Program-made: the position numbers and the translations under genes | The notes under the pieces: model-generated | Told to the model about the DNA's origin: nothing | The model's input: only the letters and a program-made list of their open reading frames with translations | Database searches by the model: none | Part shown: positions 53,129 through 62,696 of the stretch, in pieces | Position numbering within the stretch: position 1 is the first letter of the stretch | Layout of the letters: each line of letters starts with the position of its first letter | Assembly (NCBI GenBank): GCA_046349195.1 | Contig: JAXMCU010000010.1 | Coordinates: 42,274 to 106,273 of the forward strand | Length of the DNA stretch: 64,000 nt | From: Hyphomicrobiales bacterium | GTDB lineage: Bacteria > Pseudomonadota > Alphaproteobacteria > Rhizobiales > Aestuariivirgaceae | Reading direction: 5' to 3'

Positions 53129-53827
53129 TCAGGAGGCCTGCAACTTGGCTTTCTGCCGGCCCCGGGCATCGAAGTTCTCGGGCGCGAGCCAGGTCTCGAA
53201 GGCCTTGCGGATCCGGGGCCAGTCCCTGTCGAGCATGGCATACCAGGCGGTGTCGCGGTTACGTCCCTTGATGATCATGTGCTGCAGGAAGACGCCCTCG
53301 AAGGCGAAGCCGAAGCGATCGGCGGCCTTGCGCGAGGGGGCATTGAGGGCATCGCATTTCCATTCCAGGCGGCGAACGCCCAGATCGTCGAAGGCATGGC
53401 GGATCATCAGGAAGATGGCCTCGGTGGCCTCGCGCGTCCGCTGCAGGCCGGGCGCCATCCAGATATTCCCGATCTCGAGCACGCCGTTGGCCGCATCGCA
53501 GCGCATGAAGGCGCTCATGCCGCAGGGCTTGCCGTCCTCGCGCCGGACGATGGTGTAGAACCAGGGATCGCGCGAGGCTTCGCGGGCCTTCAGCCACTCG
53601 GTGAAATCGGCCAGATCCTGCCACGGTCCATAGGCCATGTAGGTCCACACATGCCCGTGGACATCGTCATGCACGAAGGACTCGTAGAGGGCCTGGGCAT
53701 GGCGTGTGGCGGACACGGCTTCCAGGTGCACCCAGCGGCCGTGCAGCGGCCGATGGTCGGGCTTCGAGCCGGGCGGCAGCGGATCGACGGCCGCGCCGAC
53801 GGGACGTTCCACGTGTCGGGCCATCAC
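53129..53827 (-). CDS. GNAT-family N-acetyltransferase (RimJ/RimL-like)
   Basis: Acetyl-CoA binding region (RTREATEAIFLMIRHAFDDLGVRRLEWKCDALNAPSRKAADRFGFAFEG). Confidence 0.8.
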   Translation of the reverse strand: MMARHVERPVGAAVDPLPPGSKPDHRPLHGRWVHLEAVSATRHAQALYESFVHDDVHGHVWTYMAYGPWQDLADFTEWLKAREASRDPWFYTIVRREDGKPCGMSAFMRCDAANGVLEIGNIWMAPGLQRTREATEAIFLMIRHAFDDLGVRRLEWKCDALNAPSRKAADRFGFAFEGVFLQHMIIKGRNRDTAWYAMLDRDWPRIRKAFETWLAPENFDARGRQKAKLQAS

Positions 53828-54531
53828 ACCTCCAAGGACTGACCGGCGGACAGGACCTTGACCTTGCCGGCGTCGGGCTCCATCGCCGCGAGGAACGGGG
53901 CCGCATCGTCGGCGACGAAACCCTTGAAGCTCGCGAAGTGGCAGGGAATCACTGTCTTGAAATGGAAGAAGTGCTTGCAGGCATAGGCCGCCTGATCGCC
54001 GCCCATGGTGAAGCGGTCGCCGATCGGCAGGATGCCGATCACGGGGTGATAGAGTTCATCGATCAGCTTCATGTCATAGGACAGCCCGGTGTCGCCCGCG
54101 ACATACAGGGTCTTGCCCTTCTCCTTGCGCGGCTCGATGACGAAGCCCGAGGGGTTTCCGAGATAGATCGGGGTGCCGCCCGCCGGGTCGGACGAGGAAT
54201 GCCAGGCATTGGTGAAGACCAGGTCGAAGTCGTCGAAGGAAATGCGGCCGCCGTGGTTGCCGGGGCTGTAGTTCTCCACGCCCTTGGCATTCAGCCACAT
54301 GCAGATCTCGAAGTTGGACACCAGCACCGCGCCCGTGGACTTCAGGATGTCGAGGGCATCGCCCGTGTGGTCGCCGTGGCCATGGGTGAGGAGCACATGG
54401 GTGCAACCCCGGGACGCATCCTGCCAGGATGCGGCGGCCGCGGGATTGCCGGTGAAGAAGGGATCGACGAGAATGACGGACTTGCCGGTCTCGATCCGGA
54501 AGGCCGAATGGCCGTGATAGGTGATCTTCAT
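53824..54531 (-). CDS. UPF0173-family metal-dependent hydrolase (MBL fold)
   Basis: 235 aa from ATG 54531. MKITYHGHSAFRIETG...ILVDPF... and THGHGDHTGD motifs. Confidence 0.85.
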   Translation of the reverse strand: MKITYHGHSAFRIETGKSVILVDPFFTGNPAAAASWQDASRGCTHVLLTHGHGDHTGDALDILKSTGAVLVSNFEICMWLNAKGVENYSPGNHGGRISFDDFDLVFTNAWHSSSDPAGGTPIYLGNPSGFVIEPRKEKGKTLYVAGDTGLSYDMKLIDELYHPVIGILPIGDRFTMGGDQAAYACKHFFHFKTVIPCHFASFKGFVADDAAPFLAAMEPDAGKVKVLSAGQSLEV

Positions 54532-54607
54532 GGAAGCGGGTCCTCCTTCGCACATGATTATCCCGCGGGGTTGCGATGGCAAGTTCGGCGTTTGACGGTT
54601 CCGGCAA

Positions 54608-55090
54608 ATGGGCTATCCCCGCAGCATGAGCGCCACCGATCTGTCATTGAAGACCGCCCTTTCGGCCGCTCCGCCCGCTTCGCGGATCATGGCCCTCGAC
54701 CTGGGGACCAAGACGATCGGGGTTGCGACATCCGACCGGACCCGCCAGATCGCCACGCCTGTCGAGACCATCGCGCGCAAGAAGTTCACCCAGGACGCCG
54801 CGCGCGTCCTGGAACTCGCGGGGCGCGAGAACATCGGGGTCATCGTCCTCGGTCTGCCCGTGAACATGGACGGCAGCGAAGGCCCGCGGGCCCAGTCGAC
54901 CCGGGCCTTTGCCCGCAACCTGTCGCGGCTCACACCCCTGCCCGTGGTCTTCTGGGATGAGCGACTGTCGACGGCAGCCGTGGAGCGCATGTTGATCGAA
55001 GCCGATGCATCACGGTCGAGGCGCGACGAGGTCATCGACAAGCTGGCCGCGGCCTGGATCCTTCAGGCCGCGCTGGACTCGCTGCGTTGA
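54608..55090 (+). CDS. ruvX: Holliday-junction-resolvase-like nuclease RuvX (YqgF)
   Basis: IMALDLGTKTIGVATSD and GLPVNMDGSEG motifs. The start is ATG 54608 or 54626. Confidence 0.85.
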   Translation: MGYPRSMSATDLSLKTALSAAPPASRIMALDLGTKTIGVATSDRTRQIATPVETIARKKFTQDAARVLELAGRENIGVIVLGLPVNMDGSEGPRAQSTRAFARNLSRLTPLPVVFWDERLSTAAVERMLIEADASRSRRDEVIDKLAAAWILQAALDSLR

Positions 55091-55145
55091 CCCCGTTCGA
55101 GGAGTTCCCGCGTTCTCCTGGACCGGCCCAGAACAGGCCAGTTCC

Positions 55146-56084
55146 ATGACCGCGATCTTCCTCGGCCTGCTTCCCGTCTTCATCGTCATTCTCTGCGGAT
55201 GGGCGTTGCGCCGTTTCGGCGTGCTGGACGACAGCCATTGGAACGCGCTGGACAGGCTCTGCTACTTCGTCCTGTTTCCGGCCATCATCTTCAAGGAAAT
55301 CGCCGCCGCGGACTTCAGCCACGTGCCGGTGCTGGGCATGGCGCTGAGCATGGTCCTGGCGCTTGCCGCGATGTTCGCCGCCCTGCTCGTCTTCCATCGC
55401 CCCATCATGCGCGGCCTGCGGATCGACGGGCCGCAGTTCACCAGCCTGTTCCAGGGCGCCACGCGCTGGCACACCTTCATCGCCTTCGCCATCATTCCCC
55501 TGCTGTTCGGCAACGACGCGCTGTCCTTGGGCGCCGTCAGCGCGGCAACCATGACGCCGCTGCTGAACATCGTCTGCGTCATCGTCATGGCGCATTTCGC
55601 CCACGCGAACCGGCCCAGCGCCAAGGTCATGGCGCTCTCCATTATCCGCAATCCCTTCGTGTTCTCGTCCTTGGGCGGTGTCGCCTGGCAGGTGCTGAAC
55701 CTTCCGGTGCACGAGATGGGCATCCAGGTACTGGACATGATCGGGCGGGGAGCCCTTGGCCTTGCGCTGCTCACCGTGGGCGCGGGCCTGCGCTTCGCCG
55801 AAGCCCTGTCCGGCTGGCGGCCAGTCCTTGCGGCGACGGCGCTCAAGCTGCTGGTGCTGCCGGCCATCATGGCCCTGATCCTTCACGCCATCGGCATGGC
55901 CGGCGAGGCCTATGCCGTGGCCATGATCTGCGCGGCGGTGCCGACCGGATCGGGCGCCTATGTCCTGGCGCGGCAGATGGGTGGCGACGCCGCCATGGTG
56001 GCCAACATCCTGACGGTCCAGGTCATCTGTGCCGCGATCACAATTCCCCTCGTTCTCGCCTTGTTCGCGGCGACGCCGGGTTGA
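55146..56084 (+). CDS. AEC-family (auxin efflux carrier) transporter
   Basis: 312 aa from ATG 55146, about 10 TM helices. The track ORF's upstream extension overlaps ruvX. Confidence 0.8.
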   Translation: MTAIFLGLLPVFIVILCGWALRRFGVLDDSHWNALDRLCYFVLFPAIIFKEIAAADFSHVPVLGMALSMVLALAAMFAALLVFHRPIMRGLRIDGPQFTSLFQGATRWHTFIAFAIIPLLFGNDALSLGAVSAATMTPLLNIVCVIVMAHFAHANRPSAKVMALSIIRNPFVFSSLGGVAWQVLNLPVHEMGIQVLDMIGRGALGLALLTVGAGLRFAEALSGWRPVLAATALKLLVLPAIMALILHAIGMAGEAYAVAMICAAVPTGSGAYVLARQMGGDAAMVANILTVQVICAAITIPLVLALFAATPG

Positions 56085-56153
56085 CTGCCCGATTTTGCGC
56101 CAGATGGCAAAGCTTGCTAAGGGAACCCCGCAATCGAGGGGGAGCGCGACATC

Positions 56154-57497
56154 TTGGACAAGACACTGGCATGGCTGGCAAGCCGTCCCGACATCAAGAG
56201 CCTTAGGGCCGCGGTCTGCGACCTGAATGGCGTGATGCGGGGCAAGCGCATTCCCCTCGAACAGGCCGAGAAGGTTCTCGGCGGCGGACTGCGCATGCCA
56301 CTCTCGGTGGTCGGCGTGGACATCTGGGGCGAGGACATCGTCAAGAGCCCGCTGGTCTTCGCCACCGGTGACGCGGACGGCATCTGCGAATCCACCGGAC
56401 GGGGCATCCTGCCCATGGACTGGACGGCCGAACCCTCGGGCCTCATCCCGCTATGGCTGCGCCAGGAGGACGGAGCGCCCTTCGGCGGTGATCCCCGCCG
56501 CGCACTGGCCGCGTTGGTCCAGCGCTTTGCCGCCCTGGGGCTGACGCCGGTCATGGCCATGGAACTGGAGTTCTATCTCTACGACCCCACCAACGCCCGG
56601 CCGGTGGCACCGGTGTCCCCGGTCACCGGCAAGCGGCTGGATGCGGACGGCGTGCTGTCCATCGACGAGCTCGACGACTTCGGCTCGTTCTTCGAGGACG
56701 TCTACATCGCCTGCGCCGCGCAGGGGGTTCCGGCTGATTCCGCCATCGCTGAGAACGGCATCGGCCAGTTCGAGATCAATCTCACCCATGTCGCCGATCC
56801 GCTGCGCGCGGCTGACGATGCAGTCCTGTTCAAGCGCATCGTGCGCGGGCTGGCGCGCAAGCACGGCTTCGCGGCCACCTTCATGGCCAAACCCTACGGG
56901 GAACGCTCGGGAAGCGGGCTGCACGTGCATTTCTCGCTGCTGGACCGCAGCGGCAGGAACGTCTTCGACGATGGCACGACCGAAGGCAGCGCCATGATGC
57001 GACATGCCGTGGGCGGCCTCATCGACTCCATGCCCGAGACCACCCTCCTCTATGCCCCGCATGCGAATTCCTACCGGCGGCTCCGGCCCGGGACGCATGC
57101 GCCATCTGCGGCAGCCTGGGGATATGAAAACCGGACAGTGGCCATTCGCATTCCAGGCGGCTCCCCCAAGGCCCGGCGCATCGAGCATCGCGTGGCGGGC
57201 GCGGATGCCAACCCCTATCTGGTTCTGGCCGGGATCCTGGCGGGAGCGCTGCACGGCATCGAAGGCCAGGTCGCGCCGCCGGAGCCGGTCACGGGCGACG
57301 CCTATGAACTGAAGCTCAAGTCGCTGCCACCGGACTGGGCCTCCGCGATTGATGCCTTTGCCTCCGGACCGATCGCGGAGAACCATCTGCCGCTTATGCT
57401 CCGCGACATGCTGGTGGCCTGCAAGCGCCAGGAGATGGCCACCTTCGCGCTACAGGTCACGGACTTCGAGTACGACACCTATCTGGACGCGGTTTAA
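56154..57497 (+). CDS. Glutamine-synthetase-family protein (gamma-glutamyl-amine ligase / GlnT-like)
   Basis: GS catalytic-domain motifs (MELEFYL, GIGQFEINL, KPYGERSGSGLHVHFSL, NSYRRL, NRTVAIRIP). TTG start at 56154 after GGGGGAG. Confidence 0.85.
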   Translation: MDKTLAWLASRPDIKSLRAAVCDLNGVMRGKRIPLEQAEKVLGGGLRMPLSVVGVDIWGEDIVKSPLVFATGDADGICESTGRGILPMDWTAEPSGLIPLWLRQEDGAPFGGDPRRALAALVQRFAALGLTPVMAMELEFYLYDPTNARPVAPVSPVTGKRLDADGVLSIDELDDFGSFFEDVYIACAAQGVPADSAIAENGIGQFEINLTHVADPLRAADDAVLFKRIVRGLARKHGFAATFMAKPYGERSGSGLHVHFSLLDRSGRNVFDDGTTEGSAMMRHAVGGLIDSMPETTLLYAPHANSYRRLRPGTHAPSAAAWGYENRTVAIRIPGGSPKARRIEHRVAGADANPYLVLAGILAGALHGIEGQVAPPEPVTGDAYELKLKSLPPDWASAIDAFASGPIAENHLPLMLRDMLVACKRQEMATFALQVTDFEYDTYLDAV

Positions 57498-57565
57498 CCC
57501 TGCTATCCACATCCCGAACTTGAGGCTTGCGAAGCCGGGGATTCGCCCCTACACACCCGGCTTTA

Positions 57566-58525
57566 ATGACCCGTGATCATCGCCCGCCGCTCCTCAAGAG
57601 CCCGCATCTGCTGGCGATCGACGATGTTTCTCCTCAGGAAGCCCTGGCCCTCCTCGATCTCGGCGAAACCTATGTCGAGGTGAACCGCCAGATCGAGAAG
57701 CGCCACGCCGTCCTGCAGGGCCGCACCCAGGTCAATCTCTTCTTCGAAGCCTCCACGCGAACCCAGAGTTCCTTCGAGCTCGCAGGCAAGCGTCTCGGTG
57801 CCGACGTCATGAACATGGCCGTGGCCACATCCTCTGTGTCCAAGGGCGAGACCCTCATCGACACGGCCATGACCATCAACGCCATGCATCCGGACTTCCT
57901 GGTGGTGCGCCATCAGTCCTCGGGTGCGGTGGAACTGCTGGCCCAGAAAGTGTCCTGTGCCGTGATCAATGCCGGCGACGGCCAGCACGAGCATCCGACG
58001 CAGGCCCTGCTCGATGCGCTCACCATCCGGCGCCGCAAGGGCCGCATCGAGGGAATCGTCGTGGCCATCTGTGGCGATGTCCTGCATTCGCGGGTGGCGC
58101 GGTCGAACATCCACCTTCTCAACAAGCTGGGCGCGCAGGTCAGGGTCGTTGCGCCTTCCACGCTGCTGCCCTCCGGGATCGCGAACTTCGGTGTCGAGAT
58201 CCATCGCGGCATGCCGGAAGGCCTGGCCGGCGCCGACGTGGTCATGATGCTGCGCCTGCAGATCGAGCGCATGTCGGGTGCGTTCGTGCCGTCGCAGCGG
58301 GAGTATTACCGCTTCTTCGGACTGAGCGAGGACAAGCTGAGATATGCCAAGCCCGATGCCCTCGTCATGCATCCCGGGCCGATGAACCGTGGCATCGAGA
58401 TCGACTCCAATGTCGCCGACGGCGTGCAGTCGGTGATCCGCGAACAGGTGGAGATGGGTGTCGCCATCCGCATGGCCGTGCTGGACGCGCTGTCGCGCAA
58501 CATCCCAGGCGGGGGCAACGCATGA
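57566..58525 (+). CDS. pyrB: Aspartate carbamoyltransferase catalytic subunit
   Basis: [19 protein letters not shown] and HPGPMNRG motifs. 319 aa from ATG 57566. Confidence 0.93.
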   Translation: MTRDHRPPLLKSPHLLAIDDVSPQEALALLDLGETYVEVNRQIEKRHAVLQGRTQVNLFFEASTRTQSSFELAGKRLGADVMNMAVATSSVSKGETLIDTAMTINAMHPDFLVVRHQSSGAVELLAQKVSCAVINAGDGQHEHPTQALLDALTIRRRKGRIEGIVVAICGDVLHSRVARSNIHLLNKLGAQVRVVAPSTLLPSGIANFGVEIHRGMPEGLAGADVVMMLRLQIERMSGAFVPSQREYYRFFGLSEDKLRYAKPDALVMHPGPMNRGIEIDSNVADGVQSVIREQVEMGVAIRMAVLDALSRNIPGGGNA

Positions 58526-59844
58526 TGACGCCGGCCACCCGCTCCGCCGCAAGCCGCAGGGCCTATCTCAACGCCAACATCGTGGCTCCGGCGCAGGGCC
58601 TCGCAGGTCATGGCGGCGTTCTGGTGGAAGACGGTTGGATCCTCGCGGCTGGCCCCAAGGTGACACGGGACTCGATCGGCTCCGGTACGCCGGTCATCGA
58701 CTGCAGCGGGCTTGTGCTGATGCCGGGCCTCATCGACATGAGGGTCTTTACGGGAGAACCCGGGACCGAATATCGCGAAACGCTGGCCAGCGCATCGGAG
58801 GCAGCCGCGGCGGGCGGTGTCACGACGATGATCGTCATGCCAAACACCCAGCCGGTGGTGGACGACGCGGCCATCGTCGACTTCATCCTGCGCCGCGCCC
58901 GCGACACGGCATTGGTGCGCGTGGCGCCCATGGCCGCCATCACCAAGGGCCTCGGTGGCGAGCTCATGACCGAGATCGGCGCCCTCAAGGAAGCCGGCGC
59001 CGTTGCCGTGACCGAAGGCCTGAAGTCGGTCGCCAACGCCAATGTCTTTCGCCGGGCACTCACCTATGCGCGCGACTTCGGCATGCTGGTCGTCCAGCAT
59101 GTGGAGGAACCCAATCTCGCGACCGGCGTGATGAACGCCAGCGAGATCGCCGGCCGGCTTGGCCTGTCCGGCATACCGGCCATGGCCGAAGTCATCATGC
59201 TCGAGCGTGATCTCCGTCTCGTCGAGCTGACCGGCGCGCCCTACCACGCGGCCCAGATTTCGAGCCAGCTGTCGGTCGACGTCATTCGCCAGGCCAAGGC
59301 GCGCGGCCTGCCCGTGACCTGCGGCGTGTCGATCCATCACCTGACACTCAACGAGAATGACATTGGCGCCTACAGGACCTTCTTCAAGCTGTCGCCGCCG
59401 CTGCGCGGCGAGGCCGACCGACTTGCCCTGGTGGAGGCGGTTGCTGACGGCACCATCGACGTCATCGTCTCCAGCCACGATCCGCAAAGCGCCGACACCA
59501 AGCGGCTGCCCTTTGCCGAAGCGGCCTTCGGTGCCATCGGGCTGGAAACCCTGCTGTCCGCCGCCCTCAGCCTCCATCATGCCGGCACAGTCACACTCGA
59601 GCGGCTGGTCTGGGCCCTGTCATCCAGGCCTGCCCAGATCCTCGGACTTGAGACCGGGCGACTTGCACCGGGTGCTCCCGCAGATTTCGCCCTGGTAGAC
59701 TTGCATCACTCTTGGAAGGTCGAAGACGACGTGCTGCGGTCCAGATCCAAGAATTCACCCTTCGAGCACCGCACGCTGGAAGGCCGCTGCGTCGAGACCG
59801 TCGTTGCGGGCGCCAGCATTTACGCTTACCCTCGCCGGGCATGA
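58522..59844 (+). CDS. Dihydroorotase-like protein lacking metal ligands (PyrC'-type, probably non-catalytic ATCase partner)
   Basis: Amidohydrolase fold ([14 protein letters not shown]...[14 protein letters not shown]). The HxH is replaced by RVF and the DHAPH Asp position reads SSHDPQ. ATGA overlap with pyrB. Confidence 0.78.
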   Translation: MMTPATRSAASRRAYLNANIVAPAQGLAGHGGVLVEDGWILAAGPKVTRDSIGSGTPVIDCSGLVLMPGLIDMRVFTGEPGTEYRETLASASEAAAAGGVTTMIVMPNTQPVVDDAAIVDFILRRARDTALVRVAPMAAITKGLGGELMTEIGALKEAGAVAVTEGLKSVANANVFRRALTYARDFGMLVVQHVEEPNLATGVMNASEIAGRLGLSGIPAMAEVIMLERDLRLVELTGAPYHAAQISSQLSVDVIRQAKARGLPVTCGVSIHHLTLNENDIGAYRTFFKLSPPLRGEADRLALVEAVADGTIDVIVSSHDPQSADTKRLPFAEAAFGAIGLETLLSAALSLHHAGTVTLERLVWALSSRPAQILGLETGRLAPGAPADFALVDLHHSWKVEDDVLRSRSKNSPFEHRTLEGRCVETVVAGASIYAYPRRA

Positions 59845-59856
59845 TCTGAGGTGACG

Positions 59857-60462
59857 ATGGCACTGTCCGGAATGGGAATGGTCATATCGATCCTGTTCGG
59901 CTACCTTTGCGGGACGATCCCGTTCGGGCTGCTGCTCACCAAGTCCGCCGGCCTGGGCGACGTTCGCAAGATCGGGTCCGGCAACATCGGCGCCACCAAC
60001 GTGCTCCGCACCGGCAACAAGAAGGTGGCGGCGCTGACCCTGTTCTGCGATGCGCTGAAGGGTGCCGTGCCGGTCCTGCTGATGTCCTGGCTCTACGGTC
60101 CCCAGGGCGGAATTCTGGCTGGCCTCGCCGCCTTCTTCGGACACCTGTTTCCATTGTGGCTGGGATTCAAGGGCGGCAAGGGCGTGGCCACCAACATCGG
60201 CGTTCTCTTCGGCCTCTACTGGCCCCTTGGCCTGCTCTTCCTCGCGGTGTGGCTGGCGATGGCCTTCATGTTCCGCAGGTCGTCGCTGTCGGCGCTGACC
60301 GCCAGCCTGCTCTCGCCGCTCTGGGCTTATTTGCTCGATCGCAGTGATGCGATCCTTCCTGCGGCCATCATGGGTCTCGCCATCTGGATCTCCCACAGGG
60401 CCAATATCGCGCGGTTGCTTCGTGGCGAGGAGCCTGCCATCAGTCTGTCCAAGTCACCATGA
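59857..60462 (+). CDS. plsY: Glycerol-3-phosphate acyltransferase PlsY
   Basis: GSGNIGATNVLR and FKGGKGVAT motifs. ATG 59857 follows GAGGTGA; the track start is GTG 59851. Confidence 0.9.
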   Translation: MALSGMGMVISILFGYLCGTIPFGLLLTKSAGLGDVRKIGSGNIGATNVLRTGNKKVAALTLFCDALKGAVPVLLMSWLYGPQGGILAGLAAFFGHLFPLWLGFKGGKGVATNIGVLFGLYWPLGLLFLAVWLAMAFMFRRSSLSALTASLLSPLWAYLLDRSDAILPAAIMGLAIWISHRANIARLLRGEEPAISLSKSP

Positions 60463-61562
60463 GGCTGCGGCCGCTCAGCGACAGCGAGCGGCAGAACTGG
60501 TTGAGACTGAGCCTCACCGAAAACGTTGGCCCCATCACGTTCGGGATGCTGCTCGACCGCTGCGGGAGCGCCGATTCCGCGCTCAACCGTTTGCCCGAGC
60601 TTTCACGCCGCGGTGGCCTGCGGCGGAGCCTCCGGCTTGCCAGTCCGGGCGAGGCAGCGCGTCACATCGAAGAGGCGGCCAGGCTGGGCGCCCGCTTCGT
60701 CGCCCTGTGCGAGCCAGACTATCCCGAGATGCTGCGCGCCATCGACGCCGCGCCGCCGCTCCTCTGCATCAAGGGACAGGTCGGTCTACCACGGCGGAGC
60801 GTTGCCGGCGTGGTGGGCGCCCGGAACGCCTCCGCAGCTGGCCGACGCATGGCACGGGAGATCGTGACGGCCATCGGCCGGGCTGGCCACGTGGTCGCCT
60901 CCGGCCTCGCGCGCGGCATCGATACGGCGGCCCATGAGGCGGCCCTCGAGACCGGAACCGTGGCCGTGGTGGCTGGCGGAATTGACGTGATCTATCCGCC
61001 CGAGAACGCAGCACTGCAGCACAAGATCGCCGACGTGGGACTGCTGGTCAGCGAAATGGTTCCAGGAACGATACCGCGCGAGTCCCATTTTCCCCGGCGC
61101 AACCGCATCATATCAGGACTGTCGCGGGCCGTGGTCGTCGTCGAGGCCGCCCTGCGGTCGGGCTCGCTCATCACCGCACGCTATGCGTCCGAACAGGGCC
61201 GAGAGGTCTTTGCCGTACCGGGCTCGCCGCTGGATCCCCGAAGCGAGGGCTGCAACCGCCTGATCCGCGATGGCGCCAACCTGCTGCTGGCACCGTCGGA
61301 CGTGGTCGCGGTCCTGTCCGACACACGCTTAGACCCGGATACCACGCACTTCATCGCGCCTCCGGCAGCGGACGCCGATGTCGAACCCGGCGAGCACATC
61401 TCCGAGCAGATCCTCGCGCTCCTCTCTCCCACACCCGTCGCCATCGACGACATCATTCGGGTCAGCGGAAGGCCACCCGCCGACGTGCATGCGGCCTTGC
61501 TCGATCTGGAACTGGCCGGCCGCATCCGGCGCGATTCTCTCTCCGCCGTCTCGCGCTCATGA
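60459..61562 (+). CDS. dprA: DNA-processing protein DprA
   Basis: Rossmann-like DprA core (VVGARNASAAG...SGLARGIDTAAH...FPRRNRIISGLS...SGSLITARYA.EQGREVFAVPG). Confidence 0.9.
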   Translation: MRLRPLSDSERQNWLRLSLTENVGPITFGMLLDRCGSADSALNRLPELSRRGGLRRSLRLASPGEAARHIEEAARLGARFVALCEPDYPEMLRAIDAAPPLLCIKGQVGLPRRSVAGVVGARNASAAGRRMAREIVTAIGRAGHVVASGLARGIDTAAHEAALETGTVAVVAGGIDVIYPPENAALQHKIADVGLLVSEMVPGTIPRESHFPRRNRIISGLSRAVVVVEAALRSGSLITARYASEQGREVFAVPGSPLDPRSEGCNRLIRDGANLLLAPSDVVAVLSDTRLDPDTTHFIAPPAADADVEPGEHISEQILALLSPTPVAIDDIIRVSGRPPADVHAALLDLELAGRIRRDSLSAVSRS

Positions 61563-61572
61563 TAGCCCGGTC

Positions 61573-62229
61573 TCAGTCCACCTCGTCGGACGGGACGATC
61601 CAGGTCTCCTTCAGCGCGGCGGCCTTCCATGACCGGAAAGCCGGCGTGTCCATCACGGCCGCCATGTAGTCCCGCGTCTCGGAGGATGCCGGCACGTCAA
61701 ATGTGTCAAAGCGCGTTACGACCGGCGCATACATGGCATCGGCGATGCCGAAGCCGCCAAAGAGGAAGGGGCCGCCCTTGCCGAACTTGCGACGGCAGTC
61801 GCGCCAGAGCTGCTCGATCCGCGCCACGTCGCGGCGCACGGCGTCGCTCATGGGGACGCTCCGCCGGGGGCGGCGCAGATTCATCGGGCAGGCATTGCGC
61901 AAGGCCGAGAACCCGGCATGCATCTCATTGGAGACTGAGCGCGCCAGTGCGCGGGCGCCCCTGTCTACTGGCCAGAGCCGACGGTCCGGGAAAAGTTCGG
62001 CCAGGTATTCCATGATCGCCAGCGACTCCCAGATCGCAAGATCGCCATGGAGCAGCACGGGCACGCGCCCGGCGGGCGAATGCCTGGCGATCAGCCCCGC
62101 AGTCTCGGGCGTGTCCAGCGGGATGAGCGTCTCGTCGAACGGGATGCCGGCCATGGTCATGGCAATCCAGGGACGGAGCGACCAGGACGAGTAGTTCTTG
62201 TTGCCGATGACGAGTCGGAAATCATTCAT
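61573..62229 (-). CDS. Glutathione S-transferase family protein
   Basis: 218 aa from ATG 62229. N-terminal thioredoxin-like GST domain (LVIGNKNYSSWSLRPW...VPVL...IWESLAIMEYL). Confidence 0.8.
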   Translation of the reverse strand: MNDFRLVIGNKNYSSWSLRPWIAMTMAGIPFDETLIPLDTPETAGLIARHSPAGRVPVLLHGDLAIWESLAIMEYLAELFPDRRLWPVDRGARALARSVSNEMHAGFSALRNACPMNLRRPRRSVPMSDAVRRDVARIEQLWRDCRRKFGKGGPFLFGGFGIADAMYAPVVTRFDTFDVPASSETRDYMAAVMDTPAFRSWKAAALKETWIVPSDEVD

Positions 62230-62651
62230 GGCTTGTCCACCTGTTCCACGTTGCCACCCGCCTCCTTCCAGGCGGCAAACCCGCCCTTGAGATTCAACAC
62301 GGGCTTCAATCCCATCTGCTGAAGGACCTGCGTGGCCAGAAGCGATCGCCAGCCGCTGGCGCAATGGATCACGAAGGTCTTGTCCGCCCCGAAGATCGGC
62401 TTGAAATAGGGACTTTCAGGGTCGACCCAGAATTCCAGCATGCCCCGCGGTGCGTGGAAGGACCCCGGTATCCGTCCCTCGCGCTGAACCTCGCGGATGT
62501 CGCGGATGTCGACGATGACCACGTCGTCGCGCCCGGCCAGGTCCTTCGCCTCGGCGGCCGAGACCTGCTTCACCTCGGCTTCCGCCTCGGCCATGAGTGT
62601 CCTGAATCCCTTGGTAATGACTTGCGGCAACTGACATTCCTCCTGAGTCAT
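62226..62651 (-). CDS. Rhodanese-domain sulfurtransferase
   Basis: Active-site loop HCASGWRS. 141 aa. 4-nt overlap with the GST gene. Confidence 0.8.
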   Translation of the reverse strand: MTQEECQLPQVITKGFRTLMAEAEAEVKQVSAAEAKDLAGRDDVVIVDIRDIREVQREGRIPGSFHAPRGMLEFWVDPESPYFKPIFGADKTFVIHCASGWRSLLATQVLQQMGLKPVLNLKGGFAAWKEAGGNVEQVDKP

Positions 62652-62696
62652 GGCCAGCTAGGTCAAGCCGACCCCGCCCGTCAAGCAGCACCATTC

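Noticed and set aside
56105-56118. A sigma-54-like element TGGCAAAGCTTGCT upstream of the glutamine-synthetase-like gene.
   Set aside because: The GG-to-GC spacing is 10 nt rather than the 12 nt of the -24/-12 consensus (TGGCAC-N5-TTGC). It is probably fortuitous.
57532-57563. A hairpin AAGCCGGG / 16-nt loop / CCCGGCTT ending 2 nt before the pyrB ATG, considered as a terminator of the GS-like gene or a pyrimidine attenuator.
   Set aside because: It has no U-tract beyond the stem, a large loop and no leader peptide or PyrR-box features I can recognise. The evidence is too weak to call.
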